DNA of 39,670 bases from an uncultured bacterium (lineage in GTDB: Bacteria > SAR324 > NAC60-12): contig CBFIGY010000029.1 in NCBI GenBank assembly GCA_965662235.1, forward strand, positions 1 to 39,670, given 5' to 3'. The notes beneath the pieces were generated by a model. That model worked only from the letters and a program-made list of their open reading frames with translations, was not told the DNA's origin and did no database searches. Shown in pieces: positions 1 through 9,687 of this stretch; the stretch's first letter is position 1; each line of letters opens with the position of its first letter. The translations under genes were made by a program, and so were the position numbers.

Positions 1-729
1 ATTCAGCGCATCACGTACCGCATCAACGGCCTCTCCTACGGCGACTACAACGAGCCCTTCCTCATTCCCGCCAGCGAAGGTGCCTTTCGCCTAGAGTATG
101 AGGCTGAAGACACCCTCAACAACCGCTCTGCCATCCAGCGGGCCGACTTCATTCTTGATGGAACTCCGCCGGTTACCGAACTCCGTACCGATGGTCCCAG
201 CTACCGCCGTGGCATGAACGCCCTCTGGGTCCGTTCTGACACCTCCATCCAGCTCCGCTCAGAAGATCGCCTCTCCGGAGTCCGGGAAATCGGGTTTGAC
301 CTCGGACAAGGAACCTTCCAGACCTACCGTCAGCCCCTCAACATTGAGGAAGAAGGCCGCTACACCTTCCAGTACCGCGCTGTTGATCAGGTGGGCAACG
401 AAGAGGTCCCCACCCCCGTGCTGCTCATTGTGGACAACACGCCCCCTTCCATTCAGGAGCGCTTCAGCATTGCACCGGTCCGGACCTACCAGGTCTCCGG
501 AGAGCAGGTTCAGGCCTACCCGCCTTACACGGTCCTCTTCCTCTCAGCGCTGGACAACTCCGCCAACCTCAAGGAAGTCCGTTACCGCAACGGCACCCAA
601 ATGGTTCCGTACAAACAGGCCCTGACCCTCCAGAAGCCGGGGGCGTATGAGCTGGAAATTGAGGCGGAGGACAACGTCGGCAACCTGGCCCGCAAGACCA
701 TCCGCTTCATCATTGAAGCAGGCGAATAA
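1..729 (+). CDS. 5'-partial secreted/surface protein with repeated Ig-like (OmpL47-type) beta-sandwich modules
   Basis: Frame 1 is open from base 1 (IQRITYRING...) to TAA at 729. Recurring modules 'Y.A.D..GN' and 'D.TPP' (YEAEDTLNN, YRAVDQVGN, IEAEDNVGN; DGTPP, DNTPP). Confidence 0.65.
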   Translation: MQRITYRINGLSYGDYNEPFLIPASEGAFRLEYEAEDTLNNRSAIQRADFILDGTPPVTELRTDGPSYRRGMNALWVRSDTSIQLRSEDRLSGVREIGFDLGQGTFQTYRQPLNIEEEGRYTFQYRAVDQVGNEEVPTPVLLIVDNTPPSIQERFSIAPVRTYQVSGEQVQAYPPYTVLFLSALDNSANLKEVRYRNGTQMVPYKQALTLQKPGAYELEIEAEDNVGNLARKTIRFIIEAGE

Positions 730-855
730 GCGCCAGCAGGTTTTCTTAAGGCGATAAAAAAGGCTTCCGGAAGAACGGAAAAAGAGGGGAGTGCTTGCAG
801 AAAAGGCGCCCCCGGAAGTCTGGCGGGAATGACCTCCGGGAGCGCAAAACGGAGG

Positions 856-1455
856 TTACATGCGGTTCAGCGTCTGAGCGTGGGCCAGCGCCATGAACTC
901 TTCCCGAACCTTGGGGTCCTTGAGGAAGATTCCTTTCAGCGAACTGGTTGTCATCAATCCGCTGTGATTGACGCCTCGCATCTCCATGCACATGTGTGAA
1001 GCCTTCATGATCACTCCCACCCCTTGCGGCTGAAGCTGATCGTAGAGGTACTGCGCCACCTGAGAGGTCAACTCCTCTTGCACCTGAGGCCGGCGAGCAA
1101 AGTAGTCCACAATGCGGGACAGCTTGGACAGGCCACAGAGCAGCTGATCCGGAATGTACGCCACAGTGGCTTCTCCGACAAACGGAAGCAGGTGATGCGC
1201 ACACATGGACTTCACCGGAATGCGCTGCAGCACAATCATGCTCGACTCATAGTCTTCCTCGACAGGGAAGGTGGTCAGCGAAAAGTCCTCCTCGCCCAGC
1301 CCCTTGCAGAGTTCCTCCACCCAGGCCTTCGACGCCCGCTCCGGGGTCTCGGCAAAGTGCTTTCCCTGCAGGTCCAGACCCAGCCCATCCAGCAACAACT
1401 CAATTGCCTGGTGCACTTTGGCACGGTCCACCGTATGTTTCCTCGGCTTGGCCAT
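856..1455 (-). CDS. folE: GTP cyclohydrolase I
   Basis: Motifs ETPER, CAHHLLPF, GLSKL.R, RPQVQEELT, HMCMEMRG. AGGAG lies 5 nt before ATG 1455; alternative starts are 1458 and 1479. Confidence 0.95.
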   Translation of the reverse strand: MAKPRKHTVDRAKVHQAIELLLDGLGLDLQGKHFAETPERASKAWVEELCKGLGEEDFSLTTFPVEEDYESSMIVLQRIPVKSMCAHHLLPFVGEATVAYIPDQLLCGLSKLSRIVDYFARRPQVQEELTSQVAQYLYDQLQPQGVGVIMKASHMCMEMRGVNHSGLMTTSSLKGIFLKDPKVREEFMALAHAQTLNRM

Positions 1456-1481
1456 CATTTCTCCTGGTTCTCGATACATAA

Positions 1482-1922
1482 TCAGACGCTTTCTTCATAG
1501 GTTGCGGAATTCTTGTCATTCTCCCACATGGTCACCCGATACACCCAGGCACGTCCCTTAGAACGACGGCGAACCAAGTCGTTGGCATAGTCAAAGAAGT
1601 ACTGCGCCATTCCTTCGGCGCCACAGTGCTTCACCACCCGGAGTTGACACAGCCCCTTGCGGTCCATCTCCTTGAAGAGGTCCAAATGAGGATCTTCTTC
1701 ATTGATCAGCAAGGTGTGGTCACACATGTAATCCAGGTGCTGCTTCAGCTCCTTCAGGTCGCCAAAGTCAAACACAAACCCGTTGGCGTCGAGCTCCTTG
1801 CAGGCAAAGTAGAATTTGAAGCTCCGTGAATACCCATGAATCTTTGAACAGTGCCCCTCGTGCTTATGCTGGCGGTGCGCACAGGGGAGGTTGTAGTACT
1901 GCTTGGTGCAGGTGTAGGTCAT
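1482..1922 (-). CDS. queD: 6-carboxy-5,6,7,8-tetrahydropterin synthase / PTPS family
   Basis: CAHRQ...HCSKIHGY, FVFDFGDLK, DHTLL, WENDKNSA. Directly upstream of folE, with SD AAAGGAG. Confidence 0.85.
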   Translation of the reverse strand: MTYTCTKQYYNLPCAHRQHKHEGHCSKIHGYSRSFKFYFACKELDANGFVFDFGDLKELKQHLDYMCDHTLLINEEDPHLDLFKEMDRKGLCQLRVVKHCGAEGMAQYFFDYANDLVRRRSKGRAWVYRVTMWENDKNSATYEESV

Positions 1923-1956
1923 TGCGCTCCTTTCACGCTAGAGGTTCCTGCCCCTG

Positions 1957-1973
1957 CTTCAGAGAACGTGCCA
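1957..1973 (-). promoter_or_regulatory. sigma54-like -24/-12 element (variant -12) for queD-folE
   Basis: Minus strand reads TGGCACG-TTCT-CTGAAG, about 35 nt upstream of the queD ATG. Confidence 0.55.
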
Positions 1974-2036
1974 GCCCCGCCCCGCCCCCAGAATCGGCTC
2001 TTCTCCCGGATCCGCCCTTCCGTCACCCCTTAGATC

Positions 2037-2080
2037 ATGATAATTTTATCATTGAAAAAGCCGTTTTCGCGATAAAATTA
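2037..2080. promoter_or_regulatory. AT-rich palindromic operator/enhancer between divergent promoters
   Basis: ATGATAA-TT-TTATCAT (2037-2052), plus the inverted pair TAATTTTATC (2041-2050) / GATAAAATTA (2071-2080). Confidence 0.5.
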
Positions 2081-2144
2081 GAAATCCCTTCACTGTTTCG
2101 GGATCACTTTCTTATGGTTTCCCCCAAATCCCGGAACGGGGAGG

Positions 2145-2161
2145 CGGCACGAAACCTGAAG
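2145..2161 (+). promoter_or_regulatory. sigma54-like -24/-12 element (variant -12) for glutathione peroxidase
   Basis: CGGCACG-AAAC-CTGAAG, about 50 nt upstream of ATG 2211. Confidence 0.5.
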
Positions 2162-2210
2162 CAGGAGTTCCGTTTTCTTTGATCCCACAACCTTTTCTTG
2201 AAAGTCCCTC

Positions 2211-2753
2211 ATGCGTTACTTCTGGACCCTCTTCCTCCTCCTGTGGACGTCCCTGGCTTGGGCCGGTTCCTCCCTGTACGACCTCCAGGCTCCGGACATC
2301 GACGGCGAAGACCTTGCCCTTGACCGCTACCGTGGGCAGGTCACCCTGGTCGTCAATACGGCTTCCATGTGCGGTTACACGCCTCAGTATAAGGACCTTG
2401 AGGCCCTGTACCGGCAGTACAAGGATCAGGGCTTCACCGTGCTGGCCTTCCCCAGCAACGACTTCAACCAAGAGTATCAGGATGACGCTGCGATCAAGGA
2501 TTTCTGCGAAGGGTATCAGGTGACGTTCCCGCTGTTCGCCTCCACTCGTGTCCGTGGAGGGGCCAAGCATCCGATTTACCAGTACCTGACGGAAGCCGCG
2601 CCGGGCGGGAAGCAGGGGGAAGTCCGCTGGAATTTTGAGAAGTTTCTGGTGGATCAGGAGGGGAACCCGGTGGGGCGTTTTGACTCTTCCATGCGGCCCA
2701 ATCATCCGCAGATCATTTCTCAGCTGGAAGCGCTGCTCAACAAGAACTCGTAA
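2211..2753 (+). CDS. Glutathione peroxidase family protein, Cys-type, with signal peptide
   Basis: VNTASMCGYTPQY (TGC codon), AFPSNDF.QE, WNFEKFLVD. Hydrophobic N-terminus ending AWA. Confidence 0.93.
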   Translation: MRYFWTLFLLLWTSLAWAGSSLYDLQAPDIDGEDLALDRYRGQVTLVVNTASMCGYTPQYKDLEALYRQYKDQGFTVLAFPSNDFNQEYQDDAAIKDFCEGYQVTFPLFASTRVRGGAKHPIYQYLTEAAPGGKQGEVRWNFEKFLVDQEGNPVGRFDSSMRPNHPQIISQLEALLNKNS

Positions 2754-2802
2754 CGCCGCTTTCGGTCGCCCGAAGTCGTCCAGAACCGCCGCGGCGCTTT
2801 TT
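2754..2802 (+). terminator. Possible intrinsic terminator after the peroxidase
   Basis: CGCCGC (2754-59) pairs with GCGGCG (2791-96), enclosing a TTCGG/CCGAA hairpin, followed by a T5 run. Sits between convergent genes. Confidence 0.4.
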
Positions 2803-2819
2803 GAACACAGAGGGCAACT

Positions 2820-3908
2820 TCAGAGGGGTTGGCAGCGGAGTGGCGTCCTTCCGGAGCACAGCTCCTCAAACTCCTCGGCGAGCTGTTCGCTGGCGGCAAT
2901 GGCCTGGCCCCACGCCTGAACCCGTCCCGCGACGTCTTCTCCATAGCGTTTGAAGTCCTTCCGGTCCGGAAGCTTGCCATTCGGGAGCGTTGCCACCCAT
3001 TCGGGGCGAGGCGCCAGCACCACAACGTTCTCCAGAAACGGGGTCGCCTGATGCCGGAGGCGCCACACCTTGTCCATCCATCCCGGAACGACCGCTTGCT
3101 GAAAGTGCGGATAAAGCACCAGCGGGGGCCTTTCCGGTGCTCGACGAAGTGAGGCATAATTCCAGTGCAGGTGATAGTCCGTCACACCGCCATCCCAGTA
3201 GGCTCCAGAAGGAGCTCCCGGAATCCCGGTCACCGCTTCTAGGACAAACGGAATCGAGCACGAGGCCAACAACGCCGGAAGGAAATTCGCTTCCGTCAGT
3301 GCAACCGTCCGGGTTGGATAATCACTCAGCTCGATTGGCGGCGGCGCGCCCTGCACCGAAAACAGCACGCGTTCCATCCAGCCTCCCAGGGCACGGCGAT
3401 GAGCGGCGTTGGTCGCATACGCCCCCATGAAGCCTAGGGGACTCCGGACCCGCCCCTCCTGGCCCAGCACATGACGTCCTCGAGACGTGACAAAGTGCAG
3501 ACGGTACCTTGGATGCGTCAAGGCGTCTGTCTGGGGTCCCGGAAACAGCTCTGCCAGGGTTTGCTGAAAGCTCCGGCTGACCGAGCGCGGAGTGGGCATT
3601 CGCCGTCCTGGCTCAGGTGGGTAGTGCTGATGGATGTACCGGTCCGCCAACTCCCGTAACGCCGCTACCGGATCCGGACGGACGGCCGCCGCCATGCGCC
3701 ATGCCCCGATGGAGCCTCCGACCAGGTCAATGGGTTGCGCACTCTGAGGCAACCACTCCCCAAACAGAAACCGGTCCAGAGGTCCTAGGATCAAGCCCTT
3801 GGGTCCTCCCGCGGCTCCTGGAATCAGAGCAATGTCCTGAGGACGGAGCCCGTTTCGCTCCAGGTGCTTCTGAGCCGCAGGTCCGGCATACACGTTCAGC
3901 GCCTTCAT
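2820..3908 (-). CDS. Patatin-like phospholipase/hydrolase
   Basis: Gly-rich GAAGGPKG, nucleophile elbow GGSIG, ASCSIP, YWDGG. ATG 3908 overlaps the upstream stop (ATGA). Confidence 0.85.
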   Translation of the reverse strand: MKALNVYAGPAAQKHLERNGLRPQDIALIPGAAGGPKGLILGPLDRFLFGEWLPQSAQPIDLVGGSIGAWRMAAAVRPDPVAALRELADRYIHQHYPPEPGRRMPTPRSVSRSFQQTLAELFPGPQTDALTHPRYRLHFVTSRGRHVLGQEGRVRSPLGFMGAYATNAAHRRALGGWMERVLFSVQGAPPPIELSDYPTRTVALTEANFLPALLASCSIPFVLEAVTGIPGAPSGAYWDGGVTDYHLHWNYASLRRAPERPPLVLYPHFQQAVVPGWMDKVWRLRHQATPFLENVVVLAPRPEWVATLPNGKLPDRKDFKRYGEDVAGRVQAWGQAIAASEQLAEEFEELCSGRTPLRCQPL

Positions 3909-4825
3909 GCCGTTCGCCTCCACCACGTTGCTTCCGGAGCCGTTTTCTTGGGCTCCTCCATCAGTTCAAACCCATGCTGCTGCAGCGTTCTTTGAGCCGC
4001 GCCTCCCGGATGCGGAACGTCGATCTGGACGCTTTCCAGCCCCCCCTGCTGAGCAAACGCTAGGGCCTCCTTCAGCAACTGCGTTCCCAGCCCCTTTCGG
4101 CGCTCATCCACGTGCAGCCCCCACCACTTCAGCTCTCCCTGTGTGGCAGAGACCTGAACCAGTCCCAGCGAGCCCCGCAGCTGCCCTTCCTTTTCCGCAA
4201 GCCAGATGCGCTCCTGCGGCAGCGTCCGTAGCTGAAACTGCGCCAGCTCCAGCGCCAGCAGGCCTTCGGTTTCAGCCGGCCCCCCCGCCTCCAGCCGCAG
4301 CAGAACCTGCAACCGAATCAACGCCCCGAGATCTCCGGGCTCCCAAGCGGTCCGCACCGTACACCCACCGGTGCCGGTTCCTCCCTGCACCGCAGAGGCT
4401 TCTGAGTCAAACTCCAGCCGCTTGCCAAAGCTGAGGGCTGCGTCTTCGGCATATCCCAACTTCCGGTAAAACGCCTGTGCCACCTGGTTGGAGCAACGGA
4501 TCTGCAGGTTGACCTTGGGGCACCCCAGCGCCAGCAGTTGACGCTCGGCCTCCTCCACCAGCAGGCGCCCAACGCCCTGCCGCTGCACGTCCGGATGCAC
4601 CGCTAGGTAATTCAGCCAGCCCCGGTGGCCATCAAAACCAGCCATCACCGATCCCACCAGCTGGACCCCTTGCAGCGCCACCAGAAACAGTTCCGGTTGC
4701 ACCAAGCCTTTGCGTTCCAAGTCTCGGGTTGGGTTGTTCCACGAGCGGGTCAAGTGGCACTGAAGCCAGAGGTCAATGACAGCCGGGGCGTCATCAGCTT
4801 GATAAGGACGGAGGGTCACAGGCAT
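3905..4825 (-). CDS. Tandem GNAT acetyltransferase (YpeA-like N-terminal domain plus second GNAT domain)
   Basis: Domain 1: GSVMAGFDGHRGWLNYLAVHPDVQRQGVG...FYRKLGY. Domain 2: HVDERRKGLGTQLL...HGF. Gly/Thr linker between them. Confidence 0.85.
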   Translation of the reverse strand: MPVTLRPYQADDAPAVIDLWLQCHLTRSWNNPTRDLERKGLVQPELFLVALQGVQLVGSVMAGFDGHRGWLNYLAVHPDVQRQGVGRLLVEEAERQLLALGCPKVNLQIRCSNQVAQAFYRKLGYAEDAALSFGKRLEFDSEASAVQGGTGTGGCTVRTAWEPGDLGALIRLQVLLRLEAGGPAETEGLLALELAQFQLRTLPQERIWLAEKEGQLRGSLGLVQVSATQGELKWWGLHVDERRKGLGTQLLKEALAFAQQGGLESVQIDVPHPGGAAQRTLQQHGFELMEEPKKTAPEATWWRRTA

Positions 4826-4844
4826 GCAACGGAACTCAACAGGA

Positions 4845-5882
4845 TCACGAGGCGGAACGGGAGGGTTGGCGACACACTTGCTGAAAGAAATCCTTCAGCA
4901 GCACCGGTGCCAGGTGCGCATTGAACTTCACCCGGAGGTCATTCTCTGCCAGCTGCTTCAGCCAGAGTTCCAGATCGACTTGCCGAAACCCACGGGCCTG
5001 CGCCACCAGTTGCTTGCCCAAAAACGGGGGCATCCCCAGCTTTCCGAGCAGCGTGTTCTCTGCCACCCCCTGCGCCTTGAGCAGGTGGATCAGCAGAAGC
5101 TTCCGGACCTGCTGCACCACCAGCATGTAAAGCCGGACGTGCTCGCGGGGACTTTCCTCCAGCTGCTGCTCCAGCGTCTCCAGAGCCGCTTTCAGATTCC
5201 GTTGCGCCAGCGATTCCGTCATGAAGAACACGGAGTGGTGCTTGTGCCCAGCCACCTGCTGCAGCAAGGCCTCCGGCTCCAGGGCCTTTCCCGGGGCAAA
5301 AAGTGAGAGCTTCTCGAGTTCCTGATCGAGGTCGGAGAGGTCGTTTCCCACCAGATCAATGAGGAGCTGCGCGGCCTCCTGCGAGCACCGCAGGCCCTTG
5401 GCTTCGGCCCGTTGCTGCGTCCAGCGCACCGGGTTGTTGTTGTCGTAGGCCACAAACTTCTGGGGCGCCCCATGCTTGCGGATCGCATTGAGGAGCGGTT
5501 TGCTGAAGTCGCCCTCCCGGGTCGCGCTGCTCGTCAGGATCAGGAACAGGTGCTCCGGCAATGCTTCCAGCAGCCGCACAAGCGTCCGGAACAGCTGAGC
5601 CGCTGGCGTCTCTTCTCCCTTGCGGGGCTGCTTGAGAACCTGGGCATTGTCGACCCGAATCAGCTTCCGGTCTGAAAGCATGGACGGCGATTCGCAGCTG
5701 TTGACAAAGGCCTCTAGGCGAGACTCGGCCTCAATGCCGGGCTTCACCAACTCCTCCGCATTGAAACGCTCCAGCACCCACTCCGGGTCCCGGTCTTCAA
5801 GAATTCGGGGGATCAGCTGCTGCAGCGTCTCATCAATCAGAAGCTGCTGGTTGCCGTAAAGGAGGGATACGCGGGCCGTCAT
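4845..5882 (-). CDS. holA: DNA polymerase III subunit delta
   Basis: LLYG N-terminus, SPSMLSDRKLIRV, LIDLVGNDLSDLDQELEKLSLF. 345 aa, typical of HolA. Confidence 0.85.
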   Translation of the reverse strand: MTARVSLLYGNQQLLIDETLQQLIPRILEDRDPEWVLERFNAEELVKPGIEAESRLEAFVNSCESPSMLSDRKLIRVDNAQVLKQPRKGEETPAAQLFRTLVRLLEALPEHLFLILTSSATREGDFSKPLLNAIRKHGAPQKFVAYDNNNPVRWTQQRAEAKGLRCSQEAAQLLIDLVGNDLSDLDQELEKLSLFAPGKALEPEALLQQVAGHKHHSVFFMTESLAQRNLKAALETLEQQLEESPREHVRLYMLVVQQVRKLLLIHLLKAQGVAENTLLGKLGMPPFLGKQLVAQARGFRQVDLELWLKQLAENDLRVKFNAHLAPVLLKDFFQQVCRQPSRSAS

Positions 5883-8176
5883 AAACTCAGCGGCGCCGTC
5901 GCATGATGCCCAACGGCCTCGGCCAGCAGGTGCCGGACCTCACGGGCGGAGCTGAGCTGCAATGCTTCTTGTGCCAGCACCTCGGCCTGAGCCACCGAAA
6001 TTTTTCCCAGCCGCTCCTTCACCAACGGAATCAGCGGGGGGTTCATGCTCAACTGACGCATCCCAAGCCCCACAAGCAAGACGCACCCATCCGGATCAGA
6101 CGCCATCTCTCCGCACAGCTCAATGGGCGTGTTGAAGCGCTCACAGTTCCGAATCAGGCTGGCCAACAGACGCAGCACTGCGGGATGAACGGGATCATAG
6201 AGGTACGCCGTGTGCGGGTTGTTGCGGTCCACCGCCAGCACGTACTGGGTCAGGTCGTTGCTGCCAACGGAGCAGAAGTCGATCTCTGGCAAAAACTGTT
6301 CGGACACCAGCGCGGCAGCTGGGACTTCAAACATCATCCCAATTGGCAGGTCCGGAGGATGAATCCCTTGCTCTTCCAGCTCCTGACGGCACTCCAGCAC
6401 CAGCTGTTTGGCGTCTCGCAGCTCCTGAAGCTCCGTGATCATGGGGAACATCAAACGGACATTGGTGCGCTCCCGAGACGCAAGAAAGAGCGCCTTGATC
6501 TGATTCTTCAGCATCTCCGGTTGCTTGAGCTGCCGGCGCAGGGCACGGTATCCCAGAAACGGATTCTCTTCCGGCTGAAATCCCATGTATGGCGCCGCTT
6601 TGTCCGCTCCCACGTCCAGGGTCCGGAAGATCACCGGGTGCTGCGGATTGACGTTCTCAATGATCTTCTCATACACCTCAGCCTGCTCGGAAATCTCCGG
6701 GTAGCGGTTCAGCGACAGGAAGTAGATTTCAGTCCGGTAGAGCCCAATCCCTTCGGCACCAAACTGCTCCAGCTGGAACGCGTCACTCTCGAGCGCAATG
6801 TTCGCCAGAATCTCAATCCGGGTGCCATCTTCCGTTTCGCATAAAACGTCCCGGAAGCTTGCCAAGTGTTCCCGGTGACGTTCTTGCAGCACCAGCATGC
6901 GCTGAAACTCTTCCACCACCTCTGGGTTGGGCTTGCGGACCACAAATCCGGAGTGTCCGTCCAACGCCAGCAGGTCTCCTTCATGGATGCGTTCCAGCTC
7001 CGCATCTGGAATGCAGATCGCCGGCACCAGTAGGGAGCGCGCTAGGATAGCAGCATGCGACACCACGCCTCCGCTGCTGGTGACAATGCCCTGAACACGC
7101 TGCGGATCGAGCCGGGCCAGGTCTCCGGGGAGCAGCTGCTTGGCCACCAAAATGCCCTGCCGTTCGCTGACTTCCTGCAGCTCGTGACCTAGGTAGTTGA
7201 GTAACCGGTAACCGACGTCTTTAAGGTCCGCCCCTTTTTCCCGCAGGTACGGATCCGCTAGGGCTTCAAAGGCCGCAAGGTACTCCTCAACGGTCCGGTA
7301 AACGGACCACGCCGCCGTTGCGCCACTCTGGATGTAGCGCTCAATTTTTCCCTGGAAGGTGTGGTCCTCGAGAAACATCAGGTGCGCGTGAAAGATCGAG
7401 GCCTCCTCTGGTCCCACGTACCCGGCGACCTTGTCTGCCAGCTCTAGGGTATCGTTCAACGCATGCTGCAGGGCATCCTGGAAGAACTTCAGTTCCTCGG
7501 CCACCATCCGGGAGCTGTGATGCGTGGGTTCTTCTAGGGTCCGTTGCTTCAGGACCACGGCCTTCCCCACAGACACGCCCGGTGCCACAGAGGTGCCGTT
7601 GAGCCGTTGGCTGCAAGCGTCCTGCAAAGGGAGCCCGCTTTCGCTCCGGGCCTTTTCGTCCAGACGTTGGATCAGGAGGGCTTTGGAAACCAGGCTGGAG
7701 ATCTGAGCCGCAATGGTGGTCAGCACCTGCACCTCGGTTTCAGTGAAGATCCGGGCTTCCACGGTGTGCAGCACCAGCACCCCAAAGAGATGACGGTGTT
7801 CGATGAGGGGAACGCCTAGGAAAGAAAGGTAGGCGTCTTCGTTGGTTTGGGGAAAGGCCTTGAAGCGCGGGTGGGTGTGCATCTCCGCAAACTGAATCGG
7901 CGTCCCTTCCTCCACCACCAGCCCCACGAGCCCCTCCTCACGGTTCATCCGGACACGCCCCACGGTGTGTGGATTGAGCCCGAAGGTAGCCGTGAGCACG
8001 AGCTCAGAGGTGTTGGCATCGTAGCTGTAGATCGAGCAGACGTCGACTTGCATCTGCTCGGCAATCATCTGGGCGGTGCGTCCGAGGGTCTCGTCCGCAT
8101 CGTGAGAGGAGGTGATGATCTGGCTGATCTCTGCGAAGAGTTCCGCAGGGAGGAGTGCACGGGGGAGGGAAGCCAT
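5879..8176 (-). CDS. ptsP: GAF-domain phosphoenolpyruvate-protein phosphotransferase (EI-Ntr)
   Basis: N-terminal GAF (DVCSIY, EGLVGLV, SFLGVP), phospho-His motif SHAAILARS, EGIGLYRTE, SVGSNDLTQY, CGEMA. Confidence 0.95.
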   Translation of the reverse strand: MASLPRALLPAELFAEISQIITSSHDADETLGRTAQMIAEQMQVDVCSIYSYDANTSELVLTATFGLNPHTVGRVRMNREEGLVGLVVEEGTPIQFAEMHTHPRFKAFPQTNEDAYLSFLGVPLIEHRHLFGVLVLHTVEARIFTETEVQVLTTIAAQISSLVSKALLIQRLDEKARSESGLPLQDACSQRLNGTSVAPGVSVGKAVVLKQRTLEEPTHHSSRMVAEELKFFQDALQHALNDTLELADKVAGYVGPEEASIFHAHLMFLEDHTFQGKIERYIQSGATAAWSVYRTVEEYLAAFEALADPYLREKGADLKDVGYRLLNYLGHELQEVSERQGILVAKQLLPGDLARLDPQRVQGIVTSSGGVVSHAAILARSLLVPAICIPDAELERIHEGDLLALDGHSGFVVRKPNPEVVEEFQRMLVLQERHREHLASFRDVLCETEDGTRIEILANIALESDAFQLEQFGAEGIGLYRTEIYFLSLNRYPEISEQAEVYEKIIENVNPQHPVIFRTLDVGADKAAPYMGFQPEENPFLGYRALRRQLKQPEMLKNQIKALFLASRERTNVRLMFPMITELQELRDAKQLVLECRQELEEQGIHPPDLPIGMMFEVPAAALVSEQFLPEIDFCSVGSNDLTQYVLAVDRNNPHTAYLYDPVHPAVLRLLASLIRNCERFNTPIELCGEMASDPDGCVLLVGLGMRQLSMNPPLIPLVKERLGKISVAQAEVLAQEALQLSSAREVRHLLAEAVGHHATAPLSL

Positions 8177-8194
8177 CAGCGTCCCTCCTGGTCA

Positions 8195-8647
<453 letters not shown>

Positions 8648-8847
8648 TTAGCAAAACTGACAACTGCTCAAGAATACGTCACATCCGGAAGCCCGTGGTG
8701 AAAATCGAAGCAACCCGCTTCTGCGCCCGGCCTCGCGCATCGGGACCGGCTCAGAAAGCTTGTCATCCCCCGGAGGAGCCCCTACGCTAGTGGCCTCGTT
8801 CCCTGTGACGCCGCTTCCGCGCGGCCCCCTTCCTGCTCAAGGTTTTG

Positions 8848-9687
8848 ATGAAGACGCGACTCTATGCCAAGAAAAAGTGGGGCCAGCACTTCCTCATCCG
8901 TCCAGACGTGGTGGAGCGCATCGTCGAGACGTCTGGCGGTGGCCCGGGAGACGTGGTTTGGGAGATTGGTCCCGGAGAAGGCGTCCTCACCGCATTGCTG
9001 CTGGATTCCGGATGCCAGGTGGTGGCCTCTGAAGTCGATCCACGGGCCTGCTCGCTGCTTCGAGCCCGCTTTGGCACCCGGTCGGAACTCATCTTGCACG
9101 AAGGGGATGTCATGGACTGGTCGGATGACGACCTGGTGGCGCGGGTTCCGGAAGGCGCCCGTGTGGTGGCCAACCTGCCCTACAACATTGCCACTCCGCT
9201 GCTGGGACGTCTGTTTCAGCACCGCTCGCGCTGGACGTCCCTGACCCTGATGGTGCAGCTGGAGGTTGCGGAACGGTTCTGTGCCACCCCTCAGGAGGGC
9301 AAGGCCTACGGACCGCTCTCCCTGTTGGGGTCCCTTGGGTTTGGGGCCACCCTCGCTTTCCGGGTGCCGCCCTCGGCGTTTCGTCCGCCTCCGAAGGTGG
9401 ACTCGGCGGTGCTCCACCTCATACCGCGTGCCTCCGGCTTGGATGCAGCGGAAGAGGAAGCCTTCCTCCACTGGTCTCGGCGGCTGTTTCAGTCGCGACG
9501 CAAGACCCTCTGGAACAACATTCAGTCCGCTTTTCCAGAGTGGCGGCAGCAACCTGGACTGCAGGAACGGGTGGGACAGCAACGCCCGGAAAACCTCACG
9601 TTTGAGAACTGGCTGGAACTCTTCAAGGAATACCGGTGCTTTCAAAACACGCGCTCCCGTTCATCGTCTTCCTCGTCACCCACCTGA
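8848..9687 (+). CDS. rsmA: 16S rRNA m6,2A dimethyltransferase KsgA
   Basis: KKKWGQHFL, EIGPGEG, VVANLPYNI, MVQLEVAER, FRPPPKVDS, SRRKTL. Confidence 0.95.
   Translation: MKTRLYAKKKWGQHFLIRPDVVERIVETSGGGPGDVVWEIGPGEGVLTALLLDSGCQVVASEVDPRACSLLRARFGTRSELILHEGDVMDWSDDDLVARVPEGARVVANLPYNIATPLLGRLFQHRSRWTSLTLMVQLEVAERFCATPQEGKAYGPLSLLGSLGFGATLAFRVPPSAFRPPPKVDSAVLHLIPRASGLDAAEEEAFLHWSRRLFQSRRKTLWNNIQSAFPEWRQQPGLQERVGQQRPENLTFENWLELFKEYRCFQNTRSRSSSSSSPT

Noticed and set aside
1923..2036. preQ1 riboswitch upstream of queD
   Set aside because: No preQ1-type stem-loop with an A-rich tail on the minus strand, and the predicted leader is only about 26 nt.
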